Source of the DNA: Pseudobacteriovorax sp.
GTDB lineage: Bacteria; Bdellovibrionota_B; Oligoflexia; Oligoflexales; Oligoflexaceae
Assembly: GCA_050293845.1 (NCBI GenBank)
Contig: JBNKNM010000010.1
Span: 1-64,000, forward strand
Length of the DNA: 64,000 bases
Direction: 5' to 3'
The notes beneath the pieces were generated by a model. The model was not told where the DNA came from. It did not search any database and saw only the letters and a program-made list of their open reading frames with translations. Each line of letters starts with the position of its first letter. Within the stretch, counting starts at the first letter, position 1. Of this stretch, positions 8,550-18,892 are shown piece by piece. Both the position numbers and the translations under genes were made by a program.

Positions 8550-9932
8550 ATGAAACAGTCGATTCTCATTGTAGAAGATTCCAAAGAACAGCTAAACTGG
8601 TATAGAGATCTGATCGAAAATCGATTTACATATTTTCTTGCTCAAAACATACAAGACGCAAAAAACATAATGGATAGGGAAAGAATCGACATTGTTCTTA
8701 CCGATGTTCATCTATCCCATAATAGTCAGCAGGAAAGTTTCGAAGGTTTTGATATCATAGCTTATGCTAAAACCAATCACCCTGAAATTCTACTTTTATC
8801 CATGTCAGCAGACCCTAAAGTCTCAACTTTTCGTAAAGCTCTGCAAATAGGTGCTGACCACTGGATTAAAAAGCCTATTTTTGGACTTGAAGAGTTACAG
8901 ATTGCAATTGATAGTGCGCAAAACTCACGAATACTTAATAAAACTAAGCATTATAAACAAATGCAAATGGATAGATTTGAAGATGGGCTGGTATTAGGTG
9001 CGGAAATCCGCAAATACGTTGCTGGCATTGCCAAATCTCGATCTATCCCTGCAGTTATTTATGGGGAAACGGGAACGGGTAAAGAAGAGATCGCTAAACT
9101 CATCCATAAACGACGCTGCGAAATGGAAGGAAGTCTCCCTTTTATGGCAGTCAATTGTGGGAATCTCAGCTCAAACATCGCTCCATCTATCTTATTTGGC
9201 CATAAGAAGGGAGCCTTTACAGGTGCCGACAGAACGACTAATGGCATCATTGGTGAAGCCAATGGCGGTATCCTTTTTTTGGATGAAATCCATCATTTAG
9301 ACAAAGAGTGCCAGACGCGACTGCTTCGAGTTCTCAATGACGGCACCTACCAGAGACTTGGCGATACCAAGACCCTCTATTCCTCCTTTCAAGTCATTGT
9401 TGCATCCAGCAAGGATCTCGATGATGCTGTCATGGATCATGAATTTCTCATGGACCTTAGATCAAGGCTAACAGGACTTGATATTCATCTACCACCTTTA
9501 AGGGAGCGCCTTGAAGATATCGACCATCTTGTCCCCTTGTTTTTTGCTAAAGAGAATCTGAAAATAACACAGCAAGAATTAGAGCCAATCATTGATCGTT
9601 GTAAAACCTACTACTGGCAAGGTAACATTAGGCAGCTTTTCAATGTACTCAAGTCTTTCCATACAATCTGCACGCTGAATGAAGAACCCCTTAAAGCGGC
9701 TCATATACCGGAGTATAAAACAATGTTTGCTCCAGGAAATAACCCTGGCCAACAGTCCTTCCTCAATCAGTTTCACTGGGAGAGATCACTGCAGGAATCC
9801 TTAGATGAAGTAGAGAAAGAGATCATAAAACAAGCTCTTCAAAAATATAAAAATAAAAAAGATGTCCTTGAATTATTACAAATGAACAGGTCGACATTTT
9901 CAAATAGGTTAAAAAAATACCAGCTGAGCTAG
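8550..9932 (+). CDS. Sigma-54-dependent response regulator (REC-AAA+-Fis HTH)
   Basis: IVED and LTD receiver motifs, GETGTGKE, GAFTGA, LFLDEI, WQGNIRQL, C-terminal HTH. Confidence 0.93.
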   Translation: MKQSILIVEDSKEQLNWYRDLIENRFTYFLAQNIQDAKNIMDRERIDIVLTDVHLSHNSQQESFEGFDIIAYAKTNHPEILLLSMSADPKVSTFRKALQIGADHWIKKPIFGLEELQIAIDSAQNSRILNKTKHYKQMQMDRFEDGLVLGAEIRKYVAGIAKSRSIPAVIYGETGTGKEEIAKLIHKRRCEMEGSLPFMAVNCGNLSSNIAPSILFGHKKGAFTGADRTTNGIIGEANGGILFLDEIHHLDKECQTRLLRVLNDGTYQRLGDTKTLYSSFQVIVASSKDLDDAVMDHEFLMDLRSRLTGLDIHLPPLRERLEDIDHLVPLFFAKENLKITQQELEPIIDRCKTYYWQGNIRQLFNVLKSFHTICTLNEEPLKAAHIPEYKTMFAPGNNPGQQSFLNQFHWERSLQESLDEVEKEIIKQALQKYKNKKDVLELLQMNRSTFSNRLKKYQLS

Positions 9933-9979
9933 CAGCGGTCCTCTAGGGGGGATATAAACGACTTTCATAATAGGAATAA

Positions 9980-10594
9980 ATGGTGGATTTATTTGATTGT
10001 ATCAATAAACGCAGGGACGTCCGTCATTTCTTAAAAGATGATATTCCTGATAACATTCTTTCTGAAGCTCTTCTGGCAGCACATCATGCACCTTCTGTAG
10101 GATTATCCACACCTTGGCGTTTTGTCGTTACACGAAATCCACAGATTAAAAGCGATCTCCACGACCTGTACCAGAAAACTCGTCGACAGGTTACCCAAAG
10201 TGTTAGCTTACCTGCTAACCGGAAAAATATCCATCGCCAGCTCAAACTTGCAGCTATACTAGATTCCCCCGTGGGAGTCGGTATTTTTTGTGAAGAGCCT
10301 GCCGAAGAGGAGTATACTATAGGCGTGATCGGCAGCCGAGAGACTCTGCAGTGGAGTTGTGCCTGTGCTGTGCAAAATTTTTGGCTTGCACTTACGGCTA
10401 GAGGTTACGGGGCTGGCTGGGTTTCCATACTGGACTTCAGCCAAGCGACCAAACTTTTTGATGTCCCTTCTCAGTGGAAATTCATGGGCTATCTTTGTGT
10501 TGGGAAACCAGCAAGTGATTATGAGGGGCAACCGATGCTGACCTTGAGTGGTTGGCGAAAGCGTCCTGAAAACATTCCCGTTATCTATCGTTAG
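9980..10594 (+). CDS. bluB: 5,6-dimethylbenzimidazole synthase (nitroreductase fold)
   Basis: RRDVRHF, AAHHAPSVGLSTPWRF, LKL, ACAVQNFWL, GWVSI, YLCVG. Confidence 0.85.
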   Translation: MVDLFDCINKRRDVRHFLKDDIPDNILSEALLAAHHAPSVGLSTPWRFVVTRNPQIKSDLHDLYQKTRRQVTQSVSLPANRKNIHRQLKLAAILDSPVGVGIFCEEPAEEEYTIGVIGSRETLQWSCACAVQNFWLALTARGYGAGWVSILDFSQATKLFDVPSQWKFMGYLCVGKPASDYEGQPMLTLSGWRKRPENIPVIYR

Positions 10595-10755
10595 CCTGCC
10601 CCTAAAGAAAAGGACTTTTTGACAGACTAAGTCTCTTGATGCTCCCTACGATGGTAAAGCTACTTATCCTCCTTTTCTTTGCAAATGTTATTGAAAAATC
10701 ACTGGTGAGTGTTTAACTTACGATCTTTGAAAACCGCAGTCCAAGGTAGGAAGCA

Positions 10756-11958
10756 TTGCATCGATATAATCTTATTATTTTCTCCGCACTGGTTTTCAGT
10801 TTACCTTTAGGAGTTGCTGCGCAAAATGCTATCGTTTTTCTTGTTTTTATTTTATCTCTAAAATCGCCTCGCCATAGCGGTATTACCATTCCTAAGGGAA
10901 TCATTTTAGCCCCTTTGGCGTTAACCTTGTGGACAATCGCTGCAACCATTTTCAATCCAGCCAATCCAGAAACTAAACCTTACGAGTACTTTTTTGGATA
11001 CTTACCTCTCTTTTTAATGCCATGGTTGCTACTGCCACGCATTAAATGGCAATCATTCTACAAAGATAAGCTGCTATTCCTTGCTAACATGATTGCGGTT
11101 GCCTGGGTAAGCATCGTGATTTCCCAATATATCTGGGGATGGTCTCTGAATCACCTAGAGGGTGGTCTAAAATTTCGTCCCCAAGGATTTTTTTCTCACC
11201 CCCTAACTTTATCCTATATCGTTCTTTTATTGTGGCCTTGGGCGCTTCACTATTTGACAATTGCACCACGGCAATGGAAGCGTTGGATACTACCATCCAG
11301 TATTTTTATCATACTAATTTTAACTCAATCTAGGGCATGCCAAGGCATCGCCTACACCTTGCTCCTATGGGTAGTACTAACGAAGACATCTGGACCAAGG
11401 CGCTGGACCATATTAATAGCCATCGGTCTATTATCATCCCTTATCTTAATCACAGAAAATCCCATATCATCGCGTTTTTATGACTTATTCTCTGATAGTA
11501 ATCCCGATCGATTTAGCCATTATCCCGATGATCGCCTAGCATTTTGGGATGCCCATTGGCAAATGATCAAGGAACGCCCCATTTTTGGCCACGGCATGCA
11601 CCTCCATTATGCTTACCGCAAACCTTATTATGAGTTGATTGGTTTAAAAGATTTTCTTAAGCAGTACGAAGCCCATAACCAATACCTCCAGATCTGGGCA
11701 AATAGCGGACTCATAGGACTATTAGTTTTCCTATACTGGTTGGGATGTTTGATCCGATACGGATCAAGTCTCGGTAAAGCTTCAGAGCCTTGGCTACAAA
11801 TGATTTTCGTTTTTATAGTCGGTGCAGTGGTACAGAATGCATTTTCTGACTCCGAGGTCCGCAATACCCTCATGGTCATCATTTGCTTAGCTAGTATGAT
11901 CTTTCGTCAGCAAGAAAATACGGGGGACTTAGCAGTCTCCAAGAAAACGATGGACTAA
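10756..11958 (+). CDS. O-antigen ligase (WaaL/Wzy_C) family membrane protein
   Basis: Multiple TM helices; R..GFFSHP, LTQSR, R..FW...W.MIKERPIFGHG, AHNQYLQ. Confidence 0.88.
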   Translation: MHRYNLIIFSALVFSLPLGVAAQNAIVFLVFILSLKSPRHSGITIPKGIILAPLALTLWTIAATIFNPANPETKPYEYFFGYLPLFLMPWLLLPRIKWQSFYKDKLLFLANMIAVAWVSIVISQYIWGWSLNHLEGGLKFRPQGFFSHPLTLSYIVLLLWPWALHYLTIAPRQWKRWILPSSIFIILILTQSRACQGIAYTLLLWVVLTKTSGPRRWTILIAIGLLSSLILITENPISSRFYDLFSDSNPDRFSHYPDDRLAFWDAHWQMIKERPIFGHGMHLHYAYRKPYYELIGLKDFLKQYEAHNQYLQIWANSGLIGLLVFLYWLGCLIRYGSSLGKASEPWLQMIFVFIVGAVVQNAFSDSEVRNTLMVIICLASMIFRQQENTGDLAVSKKTMD

Positions 11959-12489
11959 CTTATCAAAGTGGTTATTGAGATTTTCGATTTCTTGATCATA
12001 ATCAAACATCTTACGGTATTTCGGTGACATGAAAAGTTCTATTAAATAGATCTCTTTATCATGAAAATCACTAGCACTGCTATGGTTTAACTGGACTTTC
12101 TCGAAGTGCTGGTCACATATCAGGATTAATTTATCAAGAGCCTGATTGATGTTTTCTAAGGTTAAATACAGCGTGGCCAACAACTTACGAAATTCTTTCT
12201 GCAGATCAGAGTACCGCTTGACGAGAGCTGGATCTAGCCCCTTTTCGATGTCCGCTCGCGCCTTAGCTAACTTTGTTATTCTTTCTGTAATCTTTGATCG
12301 AGCCTGTTCAAATTGATCAGCCCACATCAATACCTTGCGACAACATTCACGTATATGTTTACTCGACGTATGATCGATTTTAGTTGCTTCAAACGGCTTA
12401 AGAGATATAGGGTAAAGCATATCTAAGTCCTTCATTACCAACTCCCACATAAAACCTGCAGTCATGTCGGAAGTCGCTGCAAGGGACAT
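11929..12489 (-). CDS. Hypothetical alpha-helical protein
   Basis: 186-aa ORF with helical, coiled-coil-like composition. Its 3' end overlaps the convergent gene by 30 bp. Confidence 0.65.
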   Translation of the reverse strand: MSLAATSDMTAGFMWELVMKDLDMLYPISLKPFEATKIDHTSSKHIRECCRKVLMWADQFEQARSKITERITKLAKARADIEKGLDPALVKRYSDLQKEFRKLLATLYLTLENINQALDKLILICDQHFEKVQLNHSSASDFHDKEIYLIELFMSPKYRKMFDYDQEIENLNNHFDKLVHRFLGDC

Positions 12490-12677
12490 ACCATTTTATG
12501 AATTTGATTTTATAGGATATTTTTCTTGAATTTATGAACACGACAGTGACACTGTTTTTAACATTTACCCTATACTGCAATACTATAAAGAAAAACCCGC
12601 TAAAAATTAACACAATAGCTTGTTATTGAGTGTTGCGGGCAGATTGATGGGAATAGTTACAGTTTGTCAATTTTAAT

Positions 12678-13826
12678 CTAATTATGCAAAGCTTTTTTAC
12701 GGAGATATTCCAGTTTTTCCTTTTCATCCTTTGGCAAATGGATACCAGAACTACCCGTATAACCAAAAATCAAATTTTCCTGATATAGGCTAAAAGCTTC
12801 TTTTGCAGTTTCGCTTTTCGGTGCCGACATTATAGCAATCTCAAAGTAATGTTTCGCTTCAGGTCCTAGGAAAGGCCGTCCCAAAACCATTTCCGATTTA
12901 CCAGTCAGTAAATAGGCTTCGGCACGTTCTGTAGATTTAATGGACTTACTTTGGATAAACTTTTTTAACCGCTTGGAAGCTTCCAGAAAGTAAATAGCTC
13001 CCGCCTGATCTCGGGGATACTCCATTAAATTTCTTCCGGCCTTTAGTAATAATTTAGCTTGGGCCAAGGCTGTTCCCTGCTTAAATTTTTTCAACTGCAA
13101 AGATTCCAAAGACTGAATCCAAAAGCTCATGTCGGTCTTTACTGAAGCCGCATAATCTTTCATTTTAACAAGTTTTTTTAAAACATTCAGGATGCGCTGA
13201 TTCTCACCCCGTACACGTATCCCTATGGTTAAATATTGGAGGAACGGATCAAAGTGCAGAATTTCTGCTAGTGTAGGGGGTTGTTTGACAAGAATCCGCT
13301 CATATTCAACCAAGGCTTTATCAAATTGACGTGAAATTGACAGAAACTTCGCTTTTGCAAAAGGACTTAGAGTGTCAAAATCAACATTTCCGGCAAAAGT
13401 TGTGAATCCGGAATCCTGGGCGCTTTGCCTACTAGTATGGCAGCTCAAGCAGGTTTCGAGCAATTCTTCAGTGAAATAATAAGCTTGATCGACAGCACCC
13501 ACTTCAAAAGAGCGGTAAGCCGACCGCGCATATTCAGCTAACGACTGGCTCAAAATGCGATGTTCTTCATCGCTTTGACGCAATACCTTAAAAACACTCT
13601 GGGCTTGTTTGGAAATATTCCCTAAGTGATCCACAATTAGTTTATGTTGCGCTGGATCGTAAAATTTTTTCTGGCTCAAATGCATTGGTAGCACTACTGT
13701 GATGCTCTGAAAAATTGACTGCATATAAGATTTTAATTCAGCCTTTTGCTTGCTATTAGGGAGATCAAAAGCAAAGCCAATGGACGACATTAACAATATG
13801 GTGAAGGACAAAACGGCGACTCTCAT
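12678..13826 (-). CDS. Secreted monoheme c-type cytochrome with a helical (TPR-like) C-terminus
   Basis: Signal peptide, single CLSCH motif, AAGGAG RBS. Confidence 0.75.
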   Translation of the reverse strand: MRVAVLSFTILLMSSIGFAFDLPNSKQKAELKSYMQSIFQSITVVLPMHLSQKKFYDPAQHKLIVDHLGNISKQAQSVFKVLRQSDEEHRILSQSLAEYARSAYRSFEVGAVDQAYYFTEELLETCLSCHTSRQSAQDSGFTTFAGNVDFDTLSPFAKAKFLSISRQFDKALVEYERILVKQPPTLAEILHFDPFLQYLTIGIRVRGENQRILNVLKKLVKMKDYAASVKTDMSFWIQSLESLQLKKFKQGTALAQAKLLLKAGRNLMEYPRDQAGAIYFLEASKRLKKFIQSKSIKSTERAEAYLLTGKSEMVLGRPFLGPEAKHYFEIAIMSAPKSETAKEAFSLYQENLIFGYTGSSGIHLPKDEKEKLEYLRKKALHN

Positions 13827-13983
13827 GCGGGCTCCTTAATCGATTAGTGTTACAACGTGATGAAAAATGCCAGGTTCATTTAAGGTTCAACAAATGCTAA
13901 AATAGATTTTTATTCCCTATGGAACATAATTTTGGGATACGCTCGTTATCTCCGTTAAACACACACAATGTCAGGTAGAGACA

Positions 13984-14133
13984 ATGGATAAGAGAACTTT
14001 TACCGCACAACTCGACAAACTTGCTCAACTCAATAGTGACTTAGACAGGATTAAAGAGCATCTCAACCAAGCGCCTCCGCAAAAATCCGAACCGAAAGAT
14101 TTGTCTAAGTTTCTCGATTCATGCTTTTGGTGA
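13984..14133 (+). CDS. Small hypothetical protein (49 aa), absent from the ORF track
   Basis: MDKRTFTAQLDKLAQLNSDLDRIKEHLNQAPPQKSEPKDLSKFLDSCFW; purine-rich AGGTAGAG upstream. Confidence 0.5.
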   Translation: MDKRTFTAQLDKLAQLNSDLDRIKEHLNQAPPQKSEPKDLSKFLDSCFW

Positions 14134-14325
14134 TCTTCTACTCCACGACAATGGTGTGAAACCTTCCTCCCTAAAAGCCTTGGCTCTTTGGAAACATTAT
14201 CCCTCTCAGTCACTTTCTTATAATATCCCCTGAAAAGCAAGAGCTTGCCTAACAATGTTCTGAAGGAATATGTAAAGTATTTTGTACGGTTAAAATGAAT
14301 CTTAACCCTTTCTTTGTTTTCCTAT

Positions 14326-14352
14326 CAAGTTTTAATTCCTACTATCCGAAGT
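14326..14352 (+). promoter_or_regulatory. Possible sigma-28 (FliA)-type promoter
   Basis: CAAG-N15-TCCGAAGT, 24 bp upstream of the ATG at 14377. Confidence 0.35.
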
Positions 14353-14376
14353 TCTTTGCTAAAAGTGGAGAGCAGC

Positions 14377-14628
14377 ATGGGTGTGATTTACGTTGATTTT
14401 ATGGATCGAGAATTTTACCAAGCGAAAAAATTGGTAGCTGCTCAATTGGCTCAGTGGGGTCTCGATGAAAGCATCACAAGCATACCTAAGGATGCCATAG
14501 CCTGTGCCCTGGATGAGGTCATGTATTTTAAGGATCAACAACAAAGAGTTTTGATCCTAAAAAAGTTGGAACAATCCTTTACACAGCAAAAAATGCCCTC
14601 TTTGAAAACCAACAACAGAGAGTATTGA
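14377..14628 (+). CDS. Small hypothetical protein
   Basis: GGAG RBS, then MGVIYVDF; 83 aa. Confidence 0.65.
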   Translation: MGVIYVDFMDREFYQAKKLVAAQLAQWGLDESITSIPKDAIACALDEVMYFKDQQQRVLILKKLEQSFTQQKMPSLKTNNREY

Positions 14629-14665
14629 ATCTAAAAAAGTGGTACAAACCTTTACACAGCAAAGA

Positions 14666-15628
14666 TTACCCCTTTGGTTCCCAATAAACCATCCCCAATG
14701 TAAATCCCCAGTCCGGGGCATTATAAGGCCAGATAACGTTTTCAATAAATGTAAGCTCCACAGTAAGATACTGCCAGCTTTTGCGATAGCCGAAATGTAA
14801 TTCATAGGAGGTGCGACTTAGTTGGCCGAGATTCTCGAATGGAGATTGGGTCAGGAGTGACTCCATGAGCAGATCTACTCCATCTGCCATCAGCAGCCGA
14901 TACCCCCATAATACTGACCACTGCTGATCCCGCATATATAGAGAGCTATCCTTATAAAACTTAAAAAACATGGTATTGGCATTGCCATAAACTTCACCCA
15001 CACCCAATTTATAGTAGCCAGAAAGTTGGATGAGGATGTCGGTGGCGCCGCGATGATAGAGGGTATCAGGAGATAATTCATGATAACCGCCACAGCTAAA
15101 TGATCCTCCCCCTTCAGAGAAGTCCCAAAAGTAGCTGAATTTGCCGCCAATAGTCTGGGATATGCTAAGACCGACCTGCTCTTCGGTGATGTCCAAGCCA
15201 TAATCTGGAATCGCAAAACGGGTACGATCGCGATCTCTGTCCTGGCGGTAATCCTGAGGAATTTTGAACAAATCATGAAACCCTATAGCAAGATCATCGG
15301 TCTGGGAAAATGAAAACTCTCGCTCGCCAGTTTCCACCGTAACACCAAGCCATGGTCTGACTTGGTAAAAAATGCTAAAAATCTGATCTGAAGTTTGGCC
15401 ATCAAGAATATAACGCTTATCGTAACCCCAGTAATTCGACCAAGTTTTGCTGGCACTAAGCTTGAAAGTGTCTGTCGCCAAGGGCTTTGCTGATTGGGGT
15501 TGGGGGGAAGAGCGGAAAAACTGAGCCATTGACTGTCCCCGCAGAAACAGTGGTGAGCTGTCAGCCTCAGCATAAGGGGAGCCTATGGAAACTCCCAGCA
15601 GCAGAAAAACGAAAGTGAGAAGCATCAA
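14666..15628 (-). CDS. Outer-membrane beta-barrel-like protein (DUF3187-like)
   Basis: Signal peptide, alternating aromatic beta-strands, 'FHDLFKIPQ' and C-terminal 'FIENV...NAPDWGF'. Confidence 0.65.
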   Translation of the reverse strand: MMLLTFVFLLLGVSIGSPYAEADSSPLFLRGQSMAQFFRSSPQPQSAKPLATDTFKLSASKTWSNYWGYDKRYILDGQTSDQIFSIFYQVRPWLGVTVETGEREFSFSQTDDLAIGFHDLFKIPQDYRQDRDRDRTRFAIPDYGLDITEEQVGLSISQTIGGKFSYFWDFSEGGGSFSCGGYHELSPDTLYHRGATDILIQLSGYYKLGVGEVYGNANTMFFKFYKDSSLYMRDQQWSVLWGYRLLMADGVDLLMESLLTQSPFENLGQLSRTSYELHFGYRKSWQYLTVELTFIENVIWPYNAPDWGFTLGMVYWEPKG

Positions 15629-15666
15629 AACATTCCCTATTTGATGCTTTCAATTCTATCTGCTCA

Positions 15667-17124
15667 TTAGCTACCAGTCCTGTGCAAAAACCGCCCAGCG
15701 ACTTTCGGAATACGACGAGACATCTCCCAAAAATCTTTAAGCTGGGGTTTAGCTGCCCTGAATAGTAGTGGAGTCGCAATTCTACCTAAAGCGATCTGTG
15801 GATCAATTCCCCGAGCCAAACCTTCGACGGTGATCAAACTTTTCGCCATCATCAATAATCCATCAGGCACCGGTATTCCCAGCTTATCAGTGGACTTGAG
15901 GATTACTTCCAGCAGCTCATGGAAGTCGACCTTCTCACCGTCTTCCTTCTTCTTTTGGACCATTTCGATAACACCATCGATTTCCTTGACGATTTCGTCA
16001 CGGGACACCTGACATTTAAAGTCGTATGCAATGGCTTCAAGAGAGTCAATAAGTCGTTCTTTATTCCAGGTCATTAATGAACGCAACAAGGATGAAATAT
16101 GCTTTCTATCAGTATCATCCAGCTCTCCAGTAAGTCCCCAATCAAAGATACCTAATGTTCCATCCGGAAGTAAAATCAAGTTACCGGCATGGGGATCCCC
16201 GTGGAACAACCCTATTTCAAAGACTTGGATCAGCAATTCTTGTAAAACTTTTTTCGCCAGTTTTCTACGTTGAATCTCAGATAATGTTGTCCTTTGGGAT
16301 ACAACGTCAGAGAGTGAAACCCCTTCAAACTTCTCAACAGTTAGGACTTTATCCGTACAAAATTCATCATAAGTGGAAGGTAATCTTAAAATTTGCTGTT
16401 TCCGATTTTTTAACTTATCTCGCATCCTTTTTAAGTTTTTACACTCCAGTTCCAGGTTAGTTTCAGAGCGCAAGGCCTTAACTAAGCTTCTGAGTTCTTT
16501 AATAGAGCGGCGTCCTATAGATGCACTTTCAAGGGGTCGGGCTAATCTAATTATTTGCTCGATTGCATCTAATGTTTCGTGTAGCCTTTTATCCGATAAA
16601 GGCTTTACAATCTTAATAACCCATTGCCGGCCTCGGTTGTCAGTAGCGGTGTGGACCTGAGCCATGGAGGCAACTCCAATGGGATGGGGCTCCACAACAA
16701 ATTCTTGTTGCCACTCAGGAATCTCTTGATTGAGGATACTCTCAACCTGACTAAAAGGCATGGCGGGCCAGTCAGAATAAAACCGATCTAGGTGCATCTT
16801 ATTTGCTAATTCCATAGCATCACCTTCTATACGGGATAGAGCAATCTGGGCAGCCTTGCCGTAAACGGGCCCTAGTTCGTTAAATAGGTTGATAACAATA
16901 TCCCCAACAAGTTCGAAGAGACGTTTTTCAGCGAAAGGAGACTCTAAAGCGGAGTCAAACAAGAAGAATTTTGATATTTTTACGGACGCGCCTATCGTCC
17001 CTTCTTTGAGAATCGATTTGTAAATTTGCAAGATTTCTTTAACAATTGCAAAATACTGGGATAGAGGAAGATAGCTTTTATTTTTACTGTATTGTTGCTT
17101 CTTGTTTTTAGAAATTTTACTCAC
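15667..17124 (-). CDS. ABC1/AarF/UbiB family atypical kinase
   Basis: LGPVYGKAAQ, ASMAQVH, VIKI, FHGDPHAGN, DWG. Confidence 0.9.
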   Translation of the reverse strand: MSKISKNKKQQYSKNKSYLPLSQYFAIVKEILQIYKSILKEGTIGASVKISKFFLFDSALESPFAEKRLFELVGDIVINLFNELGPVYGKAAQIALSRIEGDAMELANKMHLDRFYSDWPAMPFSQVESILNQEIPEWQQEFVVEPHPIGVASMAQVHTATDNRGRQWVIKIVKPLSDKRLHETLDAIEQIIRLARPLESASIGRRSIKELRSLVKALRSETNLELECKNLKRMRDKLKNRKQQILRLPSTYDEFCTDKVLTVEKFEGVSLSDVVSQRTTLSEIQRRKLAKKVLQELLIQVFEIGLFHGDPHAGNLILLPDGTLGIFDWGLTGELDDTDRKHISSLLRSLMTWNKERLIDSLEAIAYDFKCQVSRDEIVKEIDGVIEMVQKKKEDGEKVDFHELLEVILKSTDKLGIPVPDGLLMMAKSLITVEGLARGIDPQIALGRIATPLLFRAAKPQLKDFWEMSRRIPKVAGRFLHRTGS

Positions 17125-17273
17125 TGATAACTCCTCTTTAGCATTGCAAGAACAAAGCTAATTATACACCGATTAATCGACTCAAAGGTAAAAAGTTTGA
17201 TTATAATTTAGATGGTAAAACCCACATCGGATGTTGATCAAGATTTATTAGAAAATAAGGAAAAGGGGAACAT

Positions 17274-18053
17274 ATGTCGTTACATACAAAAGAGCAAATT
17301 GTAGAAAATTGGCTTCCTCGCTACACAGGTACTGAGCTCAACTCTTTCGGAGAGTATATCCTTCTCACCAACTTCCACGACTACCTTAAACGCTTTGCTA
17401 TCAGGTTTAATAAGGTGATCAAGGGAATTGACCGGCCGATGCAAACCTGCACCAATGATGACGGTCTGACCATGATCAACTTTGGCATTGGCTCGGCAAA
17501 TGCTGCGACAGTTATGGACCTACTCGTGGCTATCCAACCCAAAGGAGTCTTATTTCTTGGTAAATGTGGCGGACTAAAGCAAGCCACTGACATTGGCCAT
17601 TTCATCCTACCCATTGCTGCCATTCGAGGCGAGGGGACATCGGATGACTACCTCCCTAAGGAGGTACCAGCGATGCCATCGTTCAAACTTCATAAATTCG
17701 TTTCAGAAAAAATTGTCGAGGCAGGTCAAGATTATCGAACAGGTGTTGTATATACAACCAATCGGCGTGTTTGGGAGCACGATGAAGACTTTAAGCAAAA
17801 GTTGATCGATCTACGCGCGATTGCCATTGATATGGAAACAGCAACTTTCTTTTCTGTAGCCATTGCCAATGAGATTTCACGGGGAGCCTTGCTTCTCGTT
17901 TCCGACGTACCTATGACTCCCGATGGGATCAAGACAGAAGCAAGTGACAAAAAAGTCTCGGAACGATATGTTGACCTCCATATCGATATTGGAATAAAAG
18001 CAATGACCGATATTGGTGATAAAGGTGAGAAGATCAAGCACTTCCGCTATTGA
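17274..18053 (+). CDS. amn: AMP nucleosidase (short type)
   Basis: [45 protein letters not shown]. Confidence 0.9.
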   Translation: MSLHTKEQIVENWLPRYTGTELNSFGEYILLTNFHDYLKRFAIRFNKVIKGIDRPMQTCTNDDGLTMINFGIGSANAATVMDLLVAIQPKGVLFLGKCGGLKQATDIGHFILPIAAIRGEGTSDDYLPKEVPAMPSFKLHKFVSEKIVEAGQDYRTGVVYTTNRRVWEHDEDFKQKLIDLRAIAIDMETATFFSVAIANEISRGALLLVSDVPMTPDGIKTEASDKKVSERYVDLHIDIGIKAMTDIGDKGEKIKHFRY

Positions 18054-18079
18054 TTCACTTTCAAAGTATTGGAGGACTC

Positions 18080-18808
18080 ATGGCCGGCCATAGTAAGTGG
18101 GCAAACATACGCCACCGCAAAGGGGCACAAGACGCTAAGCGTGGAAAAATATTTACAAAAATAGCTAAAGAAATTACTGTTGCCGCCAAACTTGGTGGCG
18201 ATGACATTGATGGCAATCCGCGATTACGTGCTGCCGTAATCAAAGCTCGTTCGGCAAGTATGCCAAAAGACAATATTGAGCGCGCTATTAAACGAGGGGT
18301 TGGTGGACAAGACGACACTGACTATACCGAGAAGACATATGAAGGATATGGGCCGGGAGGTGTGGCTGTGATGGTAGAATGCCTCACCGATAATATCAAT
18401 CGTACCGTTTCCGAAGTACGCCATGCTTTCACAAGATCTGGGGGCAACCTTGGAACCGATGGATCGGTAGCCTGGATGTTCCATAAGAAAGGAACTATCG
18501 TCTATGCTAAAGAAAACGTAAAAGATTTTGATAAATTATTTGAAATTTCCCTTGAAGCTGGTGCGGATGATGTCAAAGATGAAGATGATGTCATAGAAAT
18601 TGTCTGCGCGCCCGATGCCTTTTCAAGCCTTAAGGTAGAGCTAGATAAATTGGAAATCGAAGCTGAGGTAGCTGAAGTAGGTCTAGTTCCTGAAAACTAT
18701 TCTGAGCTTGATGAGGAAAAGAGCGAAAAGCTACAAAAGCTCATAGATATACTTGAAGACAATGATGACGTACAGAATGTTTATCATAATGCCCAACTAC
18801 TTGGATAG
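18080..18808 (+). CDS. yebC: YebC/PmpR family protein
   Basis: [39 protein letters not shown]. Confidence 0.95.
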   Translation: MAGHSKWANIRHRKGAQDAKRGKIFTKIAKEITVAAKLGGDDIDGNPRLRAAVIKARSASMPKDNIERAIKRGVGGQDDTDYTEKTYEGYGPGGVAVMVECLTDNINRTVSEVRHAFTRSGGNLGTDGSVAWMFHKKGTIVYAKENVKDFDKLFEISLEAGADDVKDEDDVIEIVCAPDAFSSLKVELDKLEIEAEVAEVGLVPENYSELDEEKSEKLQKLIDILEDNDDVQNVYHNAQLLG

Positions 18809-18836
18809 CGAGACCTCACCCACAGTTGCCCCAAGC

Positions 18837-18857
18837 GCTCCTCCGGGAGCTTTTTTT
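18837..18857 (+). terminator. Rho-independent terminator after yebC
   Basis: GCTCC-TCCG-GGAGC followed by T7. Confidence 0.7.
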
Positions 18858-18892
18858 CGGGCAATTCCTTCTGGTTTTATGTATAAGAAGTC

